Origin: a virus
Strand: one strand, 5' to 3'
Virus record (IMG/VR): IMGVR_UViG_3300045988_150584
DNA length: 64,000 nt
Position numbers and translations under genes: made by a program
The notes under the pieces: generated by a model
Seen by the model: the letters and a program-made list of their open reading frames with translations, nothing else
What the model was told of the DNA's origin: nothing
Database searches by the model: none
Part shown: in pieces, positions 1 through 9,168 of the stretch
Numbering within the stretch: position 1 is the first letter of the stretch
Layout: each line of letters starts with the position of its first letter

Positions 1-138
1 TACAACACGGAAATGCAGCTTGGCTTGGAAAAGCTGAAGAGTATCAAGTGTTTCAAAAACGGTCGCGTGGATGTTCGCTTTACCAGCGAGGCATTCGCCC
101 GTGAGTTTGCAGAGATGTTTCTTGGAAATGAACTTTAA
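1..138 (+). CDS. C-terminal end of hypothetical protein (5' end outside window)
   Basis: Frame-1 reading YNTEMQLGLEKL...FLGNEL ends at TAA 136-138. Confidence 0.45.
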   Translation, partial: YNTEMQLGLEKLKSIKCFKNGRVDVRFTSEAFAREFAEMFLGNEL

Positions 139-150
139 TGGAGGTGCGTT

Positions 151-345
151 ATGACAAAGCAAGAACGGCTTATTGTATCGGCTTATACCGGTGTGTTGAT
201 GTGTGACTTTTCGGAGTTTCAGATTTATGTGGAACAGCTTTTACAGCGACCGGTTTTCACACATGAGCTTGCAATGGCAGATGTGTGGCAAGAGATCAAG
301 GAAAAATCTAAACCGGCGTTTCTGGCGCTATGTCAGGATGAATAG
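151..345 (+). CDS. hypothetical small protein
   Basis: ORF track 64 aa; GGAGGTG at 141-147 upstream of ATG 151. Confidence 0.6.
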   Translation: MTKQERLIVSAYTGVLMCDFSEFQIYVEQLLQRPVFTHELAMADVWQEIKEKSKPAFLALCQDE

Positions 346-354
346 GAGGCATAT

Positions 355-630
355 ATGGGAAAGTGCATTACAAGTTGTGGGAAGGACAAAGCTCGTTGCT
401 GTACAGATGATTGTTTTCTCCGTGTTGCAGAAGGTAGCCGCCTGAGAGATTTGAAGTACAACAATATTGCGTGTTTCTGTAGCGGATTGTCCGTCTATGA
501 TGACGGAAAAGAGGTTGCCTGCGGTTTTATCGGAGAGGTTCTTCGTTCCGTTGCACATCTGGCGGATCGTGAGATTGAGAGCTGCAACACATTTTTCGAT
601 ATGTTTGTGATTCGTCTTAAAAAGAAGTAA
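355..630 (+). CDS. hypothetical Cys-rich protein
   Basis: ORF track 91 aa; AGGAGG 344-349 upstream of ATG 355. Confidence 0.55.
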   Translation: MGKCITSCGKDKARCCTDDCFLRVAEGSRLRDLKYNNIACFCSGLSVYDDGKEVACGFIGEVLRSVAHLADREIESCNTFFDMFVIRLKKK

Positions 631-660
631 GCAAATCAATATACCAGTTGGTAGTTATAG
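627..660 (+). promoter_or_regulatory. Bipartite motif copy A: GTAAGCAAA-N12-TTGGTAGTTATAG
   Basis: One of four copies with identical 12-nt spacing (627, 3736, 12289, 15117), all just after a stop codon. Confidence 0.35.
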
Positions 661-677
661 TGTATTGGAGGTGTAGC

Positions 678-3600
678 ATGAAATACAAATATTTAGGTCA
701 GTCGATTCCGCAAGATAGCCGTCGTGAATTAAATAATAAGATCCTTTATCTTGTAGATAACGATTTGGCTGAGTCTTCTGGTATTACCTGCGAGGATATC
801 TATAACGCTTACACTGGTGATGGTGGATTGCACGGTCTGCACTATTCTGATTACAACAGCTATTCCGAATACTCCAGCGCAAAGAAAGAAATTGAAAACG
901 GTCAATTTTTCACACTGGATAGCGTATGCAAGTTTATCATGGATTGTCTCTCGTTGAGCAATCAGGATGTCTTTGCAGATCTGACATGTGGGATGGGCAA
1001 TTTTTTCAATTACGCGCCGATGGAGACAAACGCTTATGGTTGCGAATTGGATGCGAAAGCTTATAAGGTTGCACATTATCTATATCCAAAAGCAAATTTG
1101 ACCTGTGGAGATATTCGCAGTTATGAACCTGGTATCAAGCTGGACTATGTTGTTGGGAATCCGCCTTTCAATCTTCGTTGGTGGGTGGATGGCGCACAGA
1201 TTCTTTCTCAGCTTTACTATTGCCAGAAAGCCGCAGCTTTGCTAAAGCCTATGGGCATTATGGCGCTTGTTGTGCCGAAATCATTTCTGGCAGATGATTT
1301 TAGTGACGGCGGATTGGTTAAGGAGATGGAAAATCATTTTAGTTTCCTTGGTCAGTTTATGCTTCGCGCAGATACCTTTGCATCAACGGGCGTTGCCGAT
1401 TATGAGACAAAGGTACAGTTTTGGCAGCGAAATAGCGATATGGATAGCTGGAAACGGAATCCATACTCCACAGAGATGACGATGCAAGTGGATTGTATGA
1501 ACGCAACTATGGTCAGAAAAGTTCGTGAACAGATCGTAGCGGATGCTCAGGCAGTATTCGTGAAAAATCGTTCGCATATTTTACTGGAACTCGCAAGAGA
1601 TCACGATTCATCTGCTGAGTTTTTGTACAAAGTGAAGAAATACCTATATACAATTAAAACGCACCCAAATCTCAAAGAAAAATACACGAAATGCTGTGAA
1701 TATCTTAACCGTTATTATACGGAGAAGCAGCCTGAAAGTATGTCTTATGAAGAGTGGTGTCGCGTCCGCTTGACGGAGGCAAAAGTATTAGCTTATTTGC
1801 GGAATGTCGTAAAGCATCAGCATCCCGCTCAGTACGAAGATAAGATTTGTCTTGTAAAGCGGGACTATGATCTTGTGTATAAGGCATATAGCCCCAAAAT
1901 GGCGCGTCAATTATCGGATGGGATGAAAACGCCTACTCCGATTTATGATATTGCCATCAGCGAAGAAGATACGGAGCGGTATGGAAGATACGCTCGGCTT
2001 CTGCGTCGTAAACAGCACGAATACGGTGTTGAACAGCAAAAGTTTTCTGAAATGATTGAAGATACCGACATTAAGTCGTGGTTGGATGGTTTTGTTCTGC
2101 ATGACGAAGAAAATGAAGAAGATATTATGCTGAACGATTTGCAAAAACACGACATCAATCTTGTTCTACAAAAGCGATATGCTCTTTTGCAGTGGGAACA
2201 GGGCTGCGGTAAGACACTTGCCGGTATTGCTATCGGTCGTTATAGGATGGAACAGCAGAATGCGTTTTGCACATTTGTTGTCTCTTCTGCAATCTCAATA
2301 AAGAATACCTGGGATGTTATGCTCCCTAATTTCGGAGTCAGATATGTCATGGTGAACAGGCTCGTTGATCTTGACAAGGTGCAGCGTGGAGATTTTGTCC
2401 TCATTACACTGAACAAGCTTGGCAAATATCGTAAGCAAGTAAAGCGCTGGGTAAGGATTCATAATCAAAATATCGCACTTTGCTTTGATGAGAGCGACGA
2501 GATGACGAATCCATCCAGTTTACGCACGAAGTCTGTGCTGGACTGCTTTCGCCGCTGCCGTTTTAAGCTTGAGATGACTGGTACAAGTACACGGAATAAT
2601 ATCAGCGAGTTTGCACCGCAGTTGGAATTGGCCTATAACAATTCGTTCAACATGATTTCCTGGTGCAATACGATTTATCATTATGATCGAGCCAGCAAGA
2701 AAGACGGCGTTGAAGAAGGTCTCCATGTATACGGGAATCCGTATTATGGACAGCCTATCCCCGCATATCACAAGGGGTATAACCTTTTTGCAGATTCTCA
2801 CCTTCCGGAAAAGATCACGGTCTTTGGCGTTGGACAGAGAACGCAGGATATTTATAATGCGGACGAACTGGATAACATTCTTTCCAGATTTGTGATTACA
2901 CGGACGCTGGAAGAAATCTCTGGCAGAGATATCAAGCGTATCCACCAAGTCCCCGTTCGTTTTACGGAAAGCGAACGCGCGGTTTATACCAAAGCGATTG
3001 AAGAGTTTCATGTCATGCGTAGCAATTATTTTGCTTCGACTGGAAATTCTCGCAAGGATTCCATGATGCGACTTATTCAGCAAATTACGCTATTGCTCAG
3101 GATCAGCGCAGCTCCTAATACAATTCGTGAGTATGACGGAGGTTTGCCGACGAAAATTGCAAAAGTGATTGAGATGCTGCAGAGCATGGACGGCGAGATC
3201 GTAGCTGTCGGTGTACGGCACAAGGTTGTTGTTGATGCTTATGCAAAGGCAATTCGAGAAATCATGCCAGACAGACCTTTGTTTGTCGTTACTGGATCTA
3301 CTACTACGCTTGCAAAGCGTAGAGCATTGCGTAAGATCTTAAAAGAAAGCAAGAATGGAATCTTACTTTGTACGCAGCAAAGCTTGCCAAGTTCTGTGAG
3401 CTTTGAATATGTGGATAAGGTAATAATTCCTGAGCTGCACTACAACAATTCTCGGATGAGCCAGTTTTATATGCGCTTTATTCGTTTTACTTCTGAGCGG
3501 ATGAAAGATATCTATTTTGTTACCTATCTTGGAAGCATTGAGTCGAACCAGATGCAGATGGTGCTTGCCAAGGAAAAGATCAATATGTTCATGCGAGGGA

Positions 3601-3731
3601 AAGATACCGACTTGGATGAAATCTATAATCGGTTTGGTGTGGACTATAATCTTCTGTCTGCTCTGATGTCACGCGAGATGGATGAGAACGGGAAGTTCCA
3701 TATCCGGTGGGGTGAACAAGAAATTGCATGA
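678..3731 (+). CDS. N6-adenine DNA methyltransferase fused to SNF2-family helicase
   Basis: ORF track 648..3731; ATG 678 follows GGAGGTG. MTase motifs LTCGMGNFF and VVGNPPFNL, then helicase motifs QGCGKT, FDESDE, MTGTSTRNN. Confidence 0.85.
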   Translation: MKYKYLGQSIPQDSRRELNNKILYLVDNDLAESSGITCEDIYNAYTGDGGLHGLHYSDYNSYSEYSSAKKEIENGQFFTLDSVCKFIMDCLSLSNQDVFADLTCGMGNFFNYAPMETNAYGCELDAKAYKVAHYLYPKANLTCGDIRSYEPGIKLDYVVGNPPFNLRWWVDGAQILSQLYYCQKAAALLKPMGIMALVVPKSFLADDFSDGGLVKEMENHFSFLGQFMLRADTFASTGVADYETKVQFWQRNSDMDSWKRNPYSTEMTMQVDCMNATMVRKVREQIVADAQAVFVKNRSHILLELARDHDSSAEFLYKVKKYLYTIKTHPNLKEKYTKCCEYLNRYYTEKQPESMSYEEWCRVRLTEAKVLAYLRNVVKHQHPAQYEDKICLVKRDYDLVYKAYSPKMARQLSDGMKTPTPIYDIAISEEDTERYGRYARLLRRKQHEYGVEQQKFSEMIEDTDIKSWLDGFVLHDEENEEDIMLNDLQKHDINLVLQKRYALLQWEQGCGKTLAGIAIGRYRMEQQNAFCTFVVSSAISIKNTWDVMLPNFGVRYVMVNRLVDLDKVQRGDFVLITLNKLGKYRKQVKRWVRIHNQNIALCFDESDEMTNPSSLRTKSVLDCFRRCRFKLEMTGTSTRNNISEFAPQLELAYNNSFNMISWCNTIYHYDRASKKDGVEEGLHVYGNPYYGQPIPAYHKGYNLFADSHLPEKITVFGVGQRTQDIYNADELDNILSRFVITRTLEEISGRDIKRIHQVPVRFTESERAVYTKAIEEFHVMRSNYFASTGNSRKDSMMRLIQQITLLLRISAAPNTIREYDGGLPTKIAKVIEMLQSMDGEIVAVGVRHKVVVDAYAKAIREIMPDRPLFVVTGSTTTLAKRRALRKILKESKNGILLCTQQSLPSSVSFEYVDKVIIPELHYNNSRMSQFYMRFIRFTSERMKDIYFVTYLGSIESNQMQMVLAKEKINMFMRGKDTDLDEIYNRFGVDYNLLSALMSREMDENGKFHIRWGEQEIA

Positions 3732-3735
3732 TGCG

Positions 3736-3769
3736 GTAAGCAAACGCAATATCTTGTGGGTAAATATAT
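3736..3769 (+). promoter_or_regulatory. Bipartite motif copy B: GTAAGCAAA-N12-TGGGTAAATATAT
   Basis: Same architecture and spacing as 627-660. Confidence 0.3.
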
Positions 3770-3802
3770 CAGAGGACACAAAAAGTCTTTTATCTTAGCA
3801 AA

Positions 3803-3819
3803 GGAGTTAGCAAATCAAT
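3803..3819 (+). promoter_or_regulatory. Leader motif instance GGAGTTAGCAAATCAAT
   Basis: Variant of recurrent GGARNTAGYTAAACAA motif, followed by GGAGG. Confidence 0.3.
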
Positions 3820-3933
3820 ATTGGAGGTGTCATATGGGCTACTCTTTTATCCATCGTCGGCAGATACAATAGCGGAAGCGCATAAGGAATTGGCAAAAGA
3901 GCTGGAAGCGTCAAGAAAGATCGAATAAAATAA

Positions 3934-3954
3934 GCCTCCCCAAAACGGGGAGGC
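3934..3954 (-). terminator. Hairpin GCCTCCCC-AAAAC-GGGGAGGC, possible terminator of the leftward repressor operon
   Basis: 8-bp GC-rich stem; on the - strand it is followed by TTATTTTATT. Confidence 0.4.
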
Positions 3955-3969
3955 GGAAAGAGAGCATAT

Positions 3970-4173
3970 ATGGAAGAGACTTTCGTAAGAATGTGCAAGG
4001 TAAATGGTGTAACGCAGCGATTGAAAGATTTCTGGACGGTTTCTGTGAAGGATGGAAAATATGTGATATCAGCTAATGGGCAACCGATTTGTCATGGCGC
4101 TGTTCAACTCGGACAGACATGCGAAGCTATACTTCGTGAGTGCTGCGGCGGAGTATTCAGTAAAGTTAGTTAG
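3970..4173 (+). CDS. hypothetical protein
   Basis: ORF track 67 aa; weak RBS; converges on the ImmA gene. Confidence 0.4.
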   Translation: MEETFVRMCKVNGVTQRLKDFWTVSVKDGKYVISANGQPICHGAVQLGQTCEAILRECCGGVFSKVS

Positions 4174-4780
4174 TAACTCTTTTCTGAAGGTATACACGAC
4201 GCATATCATTCTCCCAGGCGGTTTTTCGATGATATCTTGTCCATTTCACATATTCAGACCAGCGGTGTTCAGATGCTTCTTTGGATAGGCCAAATACGCG
4301 CTTGATATCTGATGGAGATTCAATTCTGAGTACCTCATACAGTGGCATAGGGCAAAGTAATGTGGCTGCAAATTGATCTGCTTCTGCTTCAAATTCCGGA
4401 GCAGTGAGGTTGTTAAAACCGTTTTCTGCAAGCATCGGTTCTGCGACCAGCGGAAGATGTTTTAGGATGACATGTCCAAGCTCATGTGCTTTTGTCCATA
4501 ATCTTCTCCCATCAACATTGTTATCGGCACAATCTTCATTCCACAGGATAAGATAACGGTCGTTTGCAATGTCATAGTGCGTACAGCCAGACTTGCTTTC
4601 ACACAGAATGATTACATCCCGAACGGTACACTGGTTGATTGCAGCAAACTCCTGATAGGTCAGCGCTCTACAGTTTGGTAACTGCGCAAGGATATCGCAG
4701 GTACAGATCGGGAATGAGATGCTGCCCATTCCCCTGTACACTTGCAATACTTGATTGTATATGTAAGGATATCTAATCAC
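4166..4780 (-). CDS. ImmA/IrrE-family zinc metallopeptidase
   Basis: HEXXH motif AHELGHVILKH; immediately downstream of the XRE repressor gene. Confidence 0.85.
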   Translation of the reverse strand: MIRYPYIYNQVLQVYRGMGSISFPICTCDILAQLPNCRALTYQEFAAINQCTVRDVIILCESKSGCTHYDIANDRYLILWNEDCADNNVDGRRLWTKAHELGHVILKHLPLVAEPMLAENGFNNLTAPEFEAEADQFAATLLCPMPLYEVLRIESPSDIKRVFGLSKEASEHRWSEYVKWTRYHRKTAWENDMRRVYLQKRVTN

Positions 4781-4836
4781 GGATATATACCTCCAGTGGG
4801 ATGTAGTATATCATATTCGGTGTCCAATAAAGCGGA

Positions 4837-5184
4837 CTAATTCTCGTCCTTAAAGGCATATTCAAAGCCCAGTCGGATCATTTTCATCATTTTTTCACGA
4901 TCTTGTGCTGACATTTTTGATTTTGCCCGCTGCAAGGAGACAAAATCATCATCCGATAGCAGTTCTTCCGCAGATGACGGAATGTCTGATAGTCCGATCA
5001 AGTAATCAGATGAAACGCCAAAGTATTTTGCGATGATCTTAACCTTATCAATAGACGGTGAAGTGTTTGTTTTCCATTTGCGGATTAAGGATGTCCCGAT
5101 TCCGAGATCTTCTTCCAATTTTGCCATAGTGATCCCGCGCTCAGCGCAAAGCTCCTTTATTCTAAGATACAAAATTGATTCCAT
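4837..5184 (-). CDS. XRE-family HTH repressor (cI-like)
   Basis: HTH ITMAKLEEDLGIGTSLIRKWK; GGAGG 9 nt upstream of ATG at 5184 (track ORF extends to 5217). Confidence 0.85.
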   Translation of the reverse strand: MESILYLRIKELCAERGITMAKLEEDLGIGTSLIRKWKTNTSPSIDKVKIIAKYFGVSSDYLIGLSDIPSSAEELLSDDDFVSLQRAKSKMSAQDREKMMKMIRLGFEYAFKDEN

Positions 5185-5226
5185 GTGGTTGTCCTCCAAT
5201 GCAGATAATATTTTCACGCTTTTCTA

Positions 5227-5255
5227 TTGACAGCGATAAGATATTCTGCTATACT
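5227..5255 (+). promoter_or_regulatory. Rightward sigma-A-type promoter TTGACA-17-TATACT
   Basis: TTGACA 5227-5232, 17-nt spacer, TATACT 5250-5255. Confidence 0.65.
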
Positions 5256-5280
5256 GCGTAGTGTCGATAAGATATTATCG
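5234..5280. promoter_or_regulatory. Operator repeats CGATAAGATATT (5234-5245, 5265-5276); second lies in the palindrome CGATAAGATATTATCG
   Basis: 12-nt direct repeat; one copy in the promoter spacer, one between the two opposing transcription starts. Confidence 0.55.
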
Positions 5281-5291
5281 CTATGGTTGAA

Positions 5292-5320
5292 ATTATAGAC
5301 CATATTTTCACGGTTGTCAA
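5292..5320 (-). promoter_or_regulatory. Leftward consensus promoter TTGACA-17-TATAAT for the repressor operon
   Basis: On - strand: TTGACA (5320-5315), 17-nt spacer, TATAAT (5297-5292). Confidence 0.7.
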
Positions 5321-5353
5321 CATGATAATCAATATTGGAGGGTGTGTATCAGG

Positions 5354-5797
5354 ATGAATGTATTAAACGGTTCAGAGCAGTATGAGATGAGAGCAGAGGA
5401 TTTTGGTATGGAGAGCGCACAGCCCGATAAGATCGTCCTCCCGTATCTTGGGATGTTATGGGGAGATTTTCTTTTGGATATTATGAACGCTGTATCTCGA
5501 AAGATGGCGCTTCCTCATGACGCATTATATGAGCAGCTTGTAAAACAAGTTTCTGCTGTATTCTCTTTTAATATTCAGCCGGCGCAAATTCGTATTATTG
5601 CCTATGTTGATGTATTCCCGTTTGACGGAACATCGTTTCGTGATCGAGTTTTTGTTCAGGCCAGTAATGATGAAATCGCCTCTGTGTTGGACAGGTTTTT
5701 TCAATGTGGTTGTTGTGGATTAGAAGATGACTATTCTACATATTATCACGAAAAATATATGGCGTGGCGCGAAGCAAAAAAAATAAAACTTATTTAG
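5354..5797 (+). CDS. hypothetical early protein
   Basis: ORF track 5342..5797; ATG 5354 about 11 nt after GGAGGG. Confidence 0.6.
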   Translation: MNVLNGSEQYEMRAEDFGMESAQPDKIVLPYLGMLWGDFLLDIMNAVSRKMALPHDALYEQLVKQVSAVFSFNIQPAQIRIIAYVDVFPFDGTSFRDRVFVQASNDEIASVLDRFFQCGCCGLEDDYSTYYHEKYMAWREAKKIKLI

Positions 5798-5807
5798 CAA
5801 TTTCCTA

Positions 5808-5836
5808 TTGACAAACGGCTTCCGCTGCGCTATACT
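5808..5836 (+). promoter_or_regulatory. Sigma-A-type promoter TTGACA-17-TATACT
   Basis: TTGACA 5808-5813, 17-nt spacer, TATACT 5831-5836. Confidence 0.65.
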
Positions 5837-5847
5837 ATCACTTGTAA

Positions 5848-5864
5848 GGAGCAAGTTAAACAAC
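5848..5864 (+). promoter_or_regulatory. Leader motif instance GGAGCAAGTTAAACAAC
   Basis: Begins about 5 nt after the predicted start site of promoter 5808-5836. Confidence 0.4.
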
Positions 5865-5890
5865 TTATAATTTGAATAGGAGGGTGGCGC

Positions 5891-6850
5891 GTGGATAACA
5901 GTAGTTACCGTAGCCAGTATATCGCCTCTGATACTGCAAAGGTATCTGAACAATCCGCAAATGCGGTAATTGCATTTTGGAGGCGTGTTGCAAAGGCAGA
6001 GGGTGAAATCGGAAAGAGTCTGGAAGATGGGTATTCAAGAGCAGAATACATCGAACTGATCTCAAAGTTGAATATCACAAGCCCCAATGTCCTGCTTCCT
6101 ACAAAAAGCCGAATCGGAAAGTATTTGAAGTGGCTGCGAGAAAAAGGCGTTCTTGAAAAAGAGTATGTCGATAATCTTTATGCCGTTCGATACAATGCGA
6201 TTAACGCAAATCATGTTTACGACAGCAAGTATTTCAAAGATTTTGAGTCGTTACAATCTGCGATTGAATCTACCTTGTGGGCTGCTGAGAAAGTTGATGA
6301 TAGTGTCTTTGCTCTTCAAATCTCCGCAATTTACTTTGCGTGGCTTGGTTTACACATCGAAGAGGCACTTCAAATCAAGAAAGATGATATTAAAGATGAT
6401 TGTGTAAAAATTGGAGATCGAACCATCATTCCAAACAGTACGATTATGGCGTATCTTTGTGATTACCGTGATGCGGTTGACTACGAGTCTCAGGCAAAGG
6501 GTGTCATTCGTTTGAAGTATATAAACTCCGAATGGCTGTTTCGCACCGCCCGCTCGACGCATGTGGATGTACCTAAGGTAATGAGGATCTTCATTCGTAA
6601 CTTCGGTTTGGCCGGCAATGAAGAAGCAAATATCTTTAATTATGATAAGGTGTACTGGTCTGGCATATTCAGCCGTGCGCATGAATACGAGCAGGAAAAC
6701 GGTGAGATTGAGGCTGGTAACATCCCACTTCTTGAAAAACTATTTAATGAAAAGTATCCGTCTGTTTCTGTAGCGCATAAGCGTTTGCACGAATATCAAG
6801 GTTTCAAGCAGCATTTCTTTTCTGATAGCGCCTCCAACGAGGAAGCTTAA
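5891..6850 (+). CDS. hypothetical protein with weak tyrosine-recombinase-like core
   Basis: ORF track 319 aa, GTG start after GGAGGG. WLGLHIEEALQIKKDDI resembles the integrase TGLRxxELxxL segment, but the catalytic Arg is not evident. Confidence 0.5.
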   Translation: MDNSSYRSQYIASDTAKVSEQSANAVIAFWRRVAKAEGEIGKSLEDGYSRAEYIELISKLNITSPNVLLPTKSRIGKYLKWLREKGVLEKEYVDNLYAVRYNAINANHVYDSKYFKDFESLQSAIESTLWAAEKVDDSVFALQISAIYFAWLGLHIEEALQIKKDDIKDDCVKIGDRTIIPNSTIMAYLCDYRDAVDYESQAKGVIRLKYINSEWLFRTARSTHVDVPKVMRIFIRNFGLAGNEEANIFNYDKVYWSGIFSRAHEYEQENGEIEAGNIPLLEKLFNEKYPSVSVAHKRLHEYQGFKQHFFSDSASNEEA

Positions 6851-6867
6851 AAGGCGAAAAGCCTTTT
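6849..6867 (+). terminator. Rho-independent terminator-like hairpin AAAAGGC-GAAAA-GCCTTTT
   Basis: Overlaps the stop codon of the 5891-6850 gene; T-rich tail. Confidence 0.55.
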
Positions 6868-6879
6868 AGGTTTTACATA

Positions 6880-6896
6880 GGAATTAGCTAAACAAG
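6880..6896 (+). promoter_or_regulatory. Leader motif instance GGAATTAGCTAAACAAG
   Basis: Match to recurrent motif. Confidence 0.35.
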
Positions 6897-6970
6897 ATAT
6901 GTCCGAATAGTTTCCGGTGAAACGCAGTTGAGAGCAGGTTCAACTCCTGAGCGGATACAAAGCTAATCTT

Positions 6971-7249
6971 ATGAACGAGAGAGGGGTGATGCGATTGGTT
7001 GGGTGTCAGTATTGCAAGAAAGCTCGTGCTTTCTGGGCTTACGATAGCCACGGAAGTCCTCACGGAAGCTATCAGAACGCACATATTGAGGTTGGAACGA
7101 ATATCTTCCACGATACCGCTGGGCGGCAAATGCGCATTCGTTACTGTCCTATGTGCGGAAGATCTCTGCTGGATACCTCAGATGCGGGGGGGGTAACACA
7201 AGTGTTGTTTCCATTTTTGCAGCCCCGAAATCGTCTCGCCGTATCCTAA
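6971..7249 (+). CDS. zinc-ribbon protein; C-terminus depends on the length of a G8 tract
   Basis: CQYC...CPMC pairs. G8 at 7186-7193: G7 would stop at once (GGG GGG TAA), G9 gives a different tail. Confidence 0.5.
   Translation: MNERGVMRLVGCQYCKKARAFWAYDSHGSPHGSYQNAHIEVGTNIFHDTAGRQMRIRYCPMCGRSLLDTSDAGGVTQVLFPFLQPRNRLAVS
7186..7193 (+). repeat. G8 homopolymer
   Basis: Counted in sequence. Confidence 0.95.
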
Positions 7250-7271
7250 CTTAAATTAAGGAGTGTATGAA

Positions 7272-7511
7272 ATGGCTAACAAGCGAAACGACAGCGGTTA
7301 CTTCTGGGTTGATAAGGCTTTGACCTGTAACGGCTGTAAGTTCCTCAACTTTTACAAGTGCGGTTGCCGACGCAACCAAGAGCCTGGAAAGGTTCGTCCG
7401 CTTTCGTCCTATACCAATGGCGATGATTATGTCGCGGTTCTCAAGCCGACGGACTGCGATTATCAGAAAGAGCAGAAGCCGCAGGTCAAGGATGATAAGG
7501 AGAACGAGTAA
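7272..7511 (+). CDS. hypothetical Cys-rich protein
   Basis: ORF track 7263..7511; ATG 7272 follows AAGGAG. Confidence 0.55.
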   Translation: MANKRNDSGYFWVDKALTCNGCKFLNFYKCGCRRNQEPGKVRPLSSYTNGDDYVAVLKPTDCDYQKEQKPQVKDDKENE

Positions 7512-7681
7512 TGCCCATATTTGTTCTTCTCGTGTTTGTGGGCGCAGCTCTTTTGTGGCTGCTACTATCCTTTGGGTTTATCCCTATCGGTAAGTTATCC
7601 AACAGACTTCTGAAAGATGCTTCCGATGCAATGTCAAAGGATGAAAAAGATGAAAAAATTGAAGATAAGGAAGAAAAATAA
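7511..7681 (+). CDS. small membrane protein (56 aa) upstream of the SPFH gene
   Basis: Hand translation MPIFVLLVFVGAALLWLLLSFGFIPIG...; ATG overlaps the preceding stop. Below the ORF-track size cutoff. Confidence 0.5.
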   Translation: MPIFVLLVFVGAALLWLLLSFGFIPIGKLSNRLLKDASDAMSKDEKDEKIEDKEEK

Positions 7682-7684
7682 CCT

Positions 7685-8584
7685 ATGAGAAAGAATGGTT
7701 TTGTTGGTGCTATCGTTTTGGCGATCATCATTTTTGGCGGCGTGATTCTCGGTTTTAGCTGCACATCGCGTGTCCCTACCGGTTATGTTGGAGTCGTTTA
7801 TAATATGAACGGCGGCGTTGATGGTGAGGTTCTGAGTCAGGGCTGGCATCTTGTAGCGCCTACAAAGAAAGTAACCACCTATTCTATCGGTTTGGAGCAG
7901 TCCTACCTTACAAGCGAAGAAAAGGGCGATTCTCCGAACGATGAGAGCTTTTCCATTCCGACGTCCGATGGCAAGACTGTCCGTGTAAATCTTGAGTTCT
8001 CTTACAGATTTGACGAAGAGCGTGTTGCTGAAACATTTACGACTTTCAAGGGCAAGTCTGGCGAACAGATCAAGGATACATTTATCAAGCCTAAGATTAT
8101 CGCTTGGACACAGGAAGTCTCCGCCAATTACCCAGTCACGGATATCTTCGGTGACAAGCGCACGGAGATCAACGCCGAGTTGGACACCTATTTGCGCGAC
8201 AAGTTTGATAAGTATGGCATTATTATCGACACGGTAAACTTCACCGATATCAGCGTAGACGATGAAACCGCCGCCGCGATTCAGAAGAAGGTCACTGCGC
8301 AGCAGGAACTTGAACTGGCTAATATCGAAGCTCAGACTGCCAAGGTTCAGGCCGAAAAGGATCGTCAGGTTGCTGAGATCAACGCTGAGAAGCAGATCAT
8401 TGATGCAAATGCAAAGGCTGAGGTAACGCGCATCGAAGCGGAGGCAGAAGCTCAGGCGAACCGTGAGATTGCAGCATCCCTTACCCCGAATCTGATTGAG
8501 AAGATCAAGTACGAGCGCTGGGACGGTGAGCTTCCTACCGTATCTGGTTCTGGAGCAATCGTCAGCATTGACGGCGTTGACTGA
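7685..8584 (+). CDS. SPFH/band-7 (prohibitin/HflC-like) membrane protein
   Basis: N-terminal TM, SPFH-type core and Ala/Glu-rich coiled coil. Confidence 0.85.
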   Translation: MRKNGFVGAIVLAIIIFGGVILGFSCTSRVPTGYVGVVYNMNGGVDGEVLSQGWHLVAPTKKVTTYSIGLEQSYLTSEEKGDSPNDESFSIPTSDGKTVRVNLEFSYRFDEERVAETFTTFKGKSGEQIKDTFIKPKIIAWTQEVSANYPVTDIFGDKRTEINAELDTYLRDKFDKYGIIIDTVNFTDISVDDETAAAIQKKVTAQQELELANIEAQTAKVQAEKDRQVAEINAEKQIIDANAKAEVTRIEAEAEAQANREIAASLTPNLIEKIKYERWDGELPTVSGSGAIVSIDGVD

Positions 8585-8597
8585 TCGGAGGCCGTGA

Positions 8598-8882
8598 ATG
8601 AAGAATAAGGTTCGTGATATCCTTGCGGATAAGAAAGTGAAGCTACAAGAATTGACTGCACAGGCAGAAGCGGCGGTTGATCTTGTAACGAGAACAATTT
8701 CTGGTTTGGAGCTTGTCAACCAAGAAATTGATGATACGGTTGCAGAAATTGACAAGTATTCTGCTGAGCTTGCGTGTACGCGACAGGCGCTCAGCAAGAA
8801 TCGTACACACAATACTGCACTCATTGCAAATTTTGCAAAACTTCTGGAAGTTCCGGAAACAGAAAGTCAGCCAGTAGCCTAA
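8598..8882 (+). CDS. coiled-coil hypothetical protein
   Basis: ORF track 94 aa; GGAGG upstream. Confidence 0.6.
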   Translation: MKNKVRDILADKKVKLQELTAQAEAAVDLVTRTISGLELVNQEIDDTVAEIDKYSAELACTRQALSKNRTHNTALIANFAKLLEVPETESQPVA

Positions 8883-8894
8883 TAGCTACTTGTA

Positions 8895-8950
8895 ACGACG
8901 CGAACAGCAATTTTCTTACATATATTTGGGTTATATCGTACATGCGTCGT
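8895..8950 (+). ncRNA. Stand-alone hairpin element R1 (ACGACGC...GCGTCGT) with ACAGCAAT just inside the stem
   Basis: 7-bp closing stem; interior starts GAACAGCAATTTTCTT. Same design as 9169-9225 and 10563-10626. Confidence 0.35.
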
Positions 8951-8978
8951 GTGAAATAAAACTTGGAGGAATGATGTC

Positions 8979-9158
8979 GTGAAGCTGAAGTTCAATGTTG
9001 GTGATCGTGTTTTTGATAAGAAGTACGGTCATGGTGTGGTTCAGAGAGTTGATGCTGGAAACAGCGAGTTCCCGTATCTTATCTTCTATGAAGATGGTAC
9101 GAAGATCTGGTATAAGGCAAAGGGTGTAACTCTTGCCCCTGCGGAACAGCAGGATTAA
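8979..9158 (+). CDS. hypothetical small protein (59 aa)
   Basis: Hand translation VKLKFNVGDRVFDKKYGHGVV...; GTG 8 nt after GGAGGA. Confidence 0.55.
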   Translation: MKLKFNVGDRVFDKKYGHGVVQRVDAGNSEFPYLIFYEDGTKIWYKAKGVTLAPAEQQD

Positions 9159-9168
9159 GTAAGTTAAA

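Noticed and set aside
6935-6949. T-arm-like CAGG-TTCAACT-CCTG in the 6850-6971 spacer
   Set aside because: The flanks give only an imperfect 6-bp acceptor-like pairing with a 2-nt gap, and there is no D or anticodon arm. It is probably chance.
7634-8824. 396-aa minus-strand ORF
   Set aside because: It is antisense to the well-supported SPFH and coiled-coil genes. It has low-complexity Leu/Ser/Arg-rich composition, no RBS and no recognisable motif.
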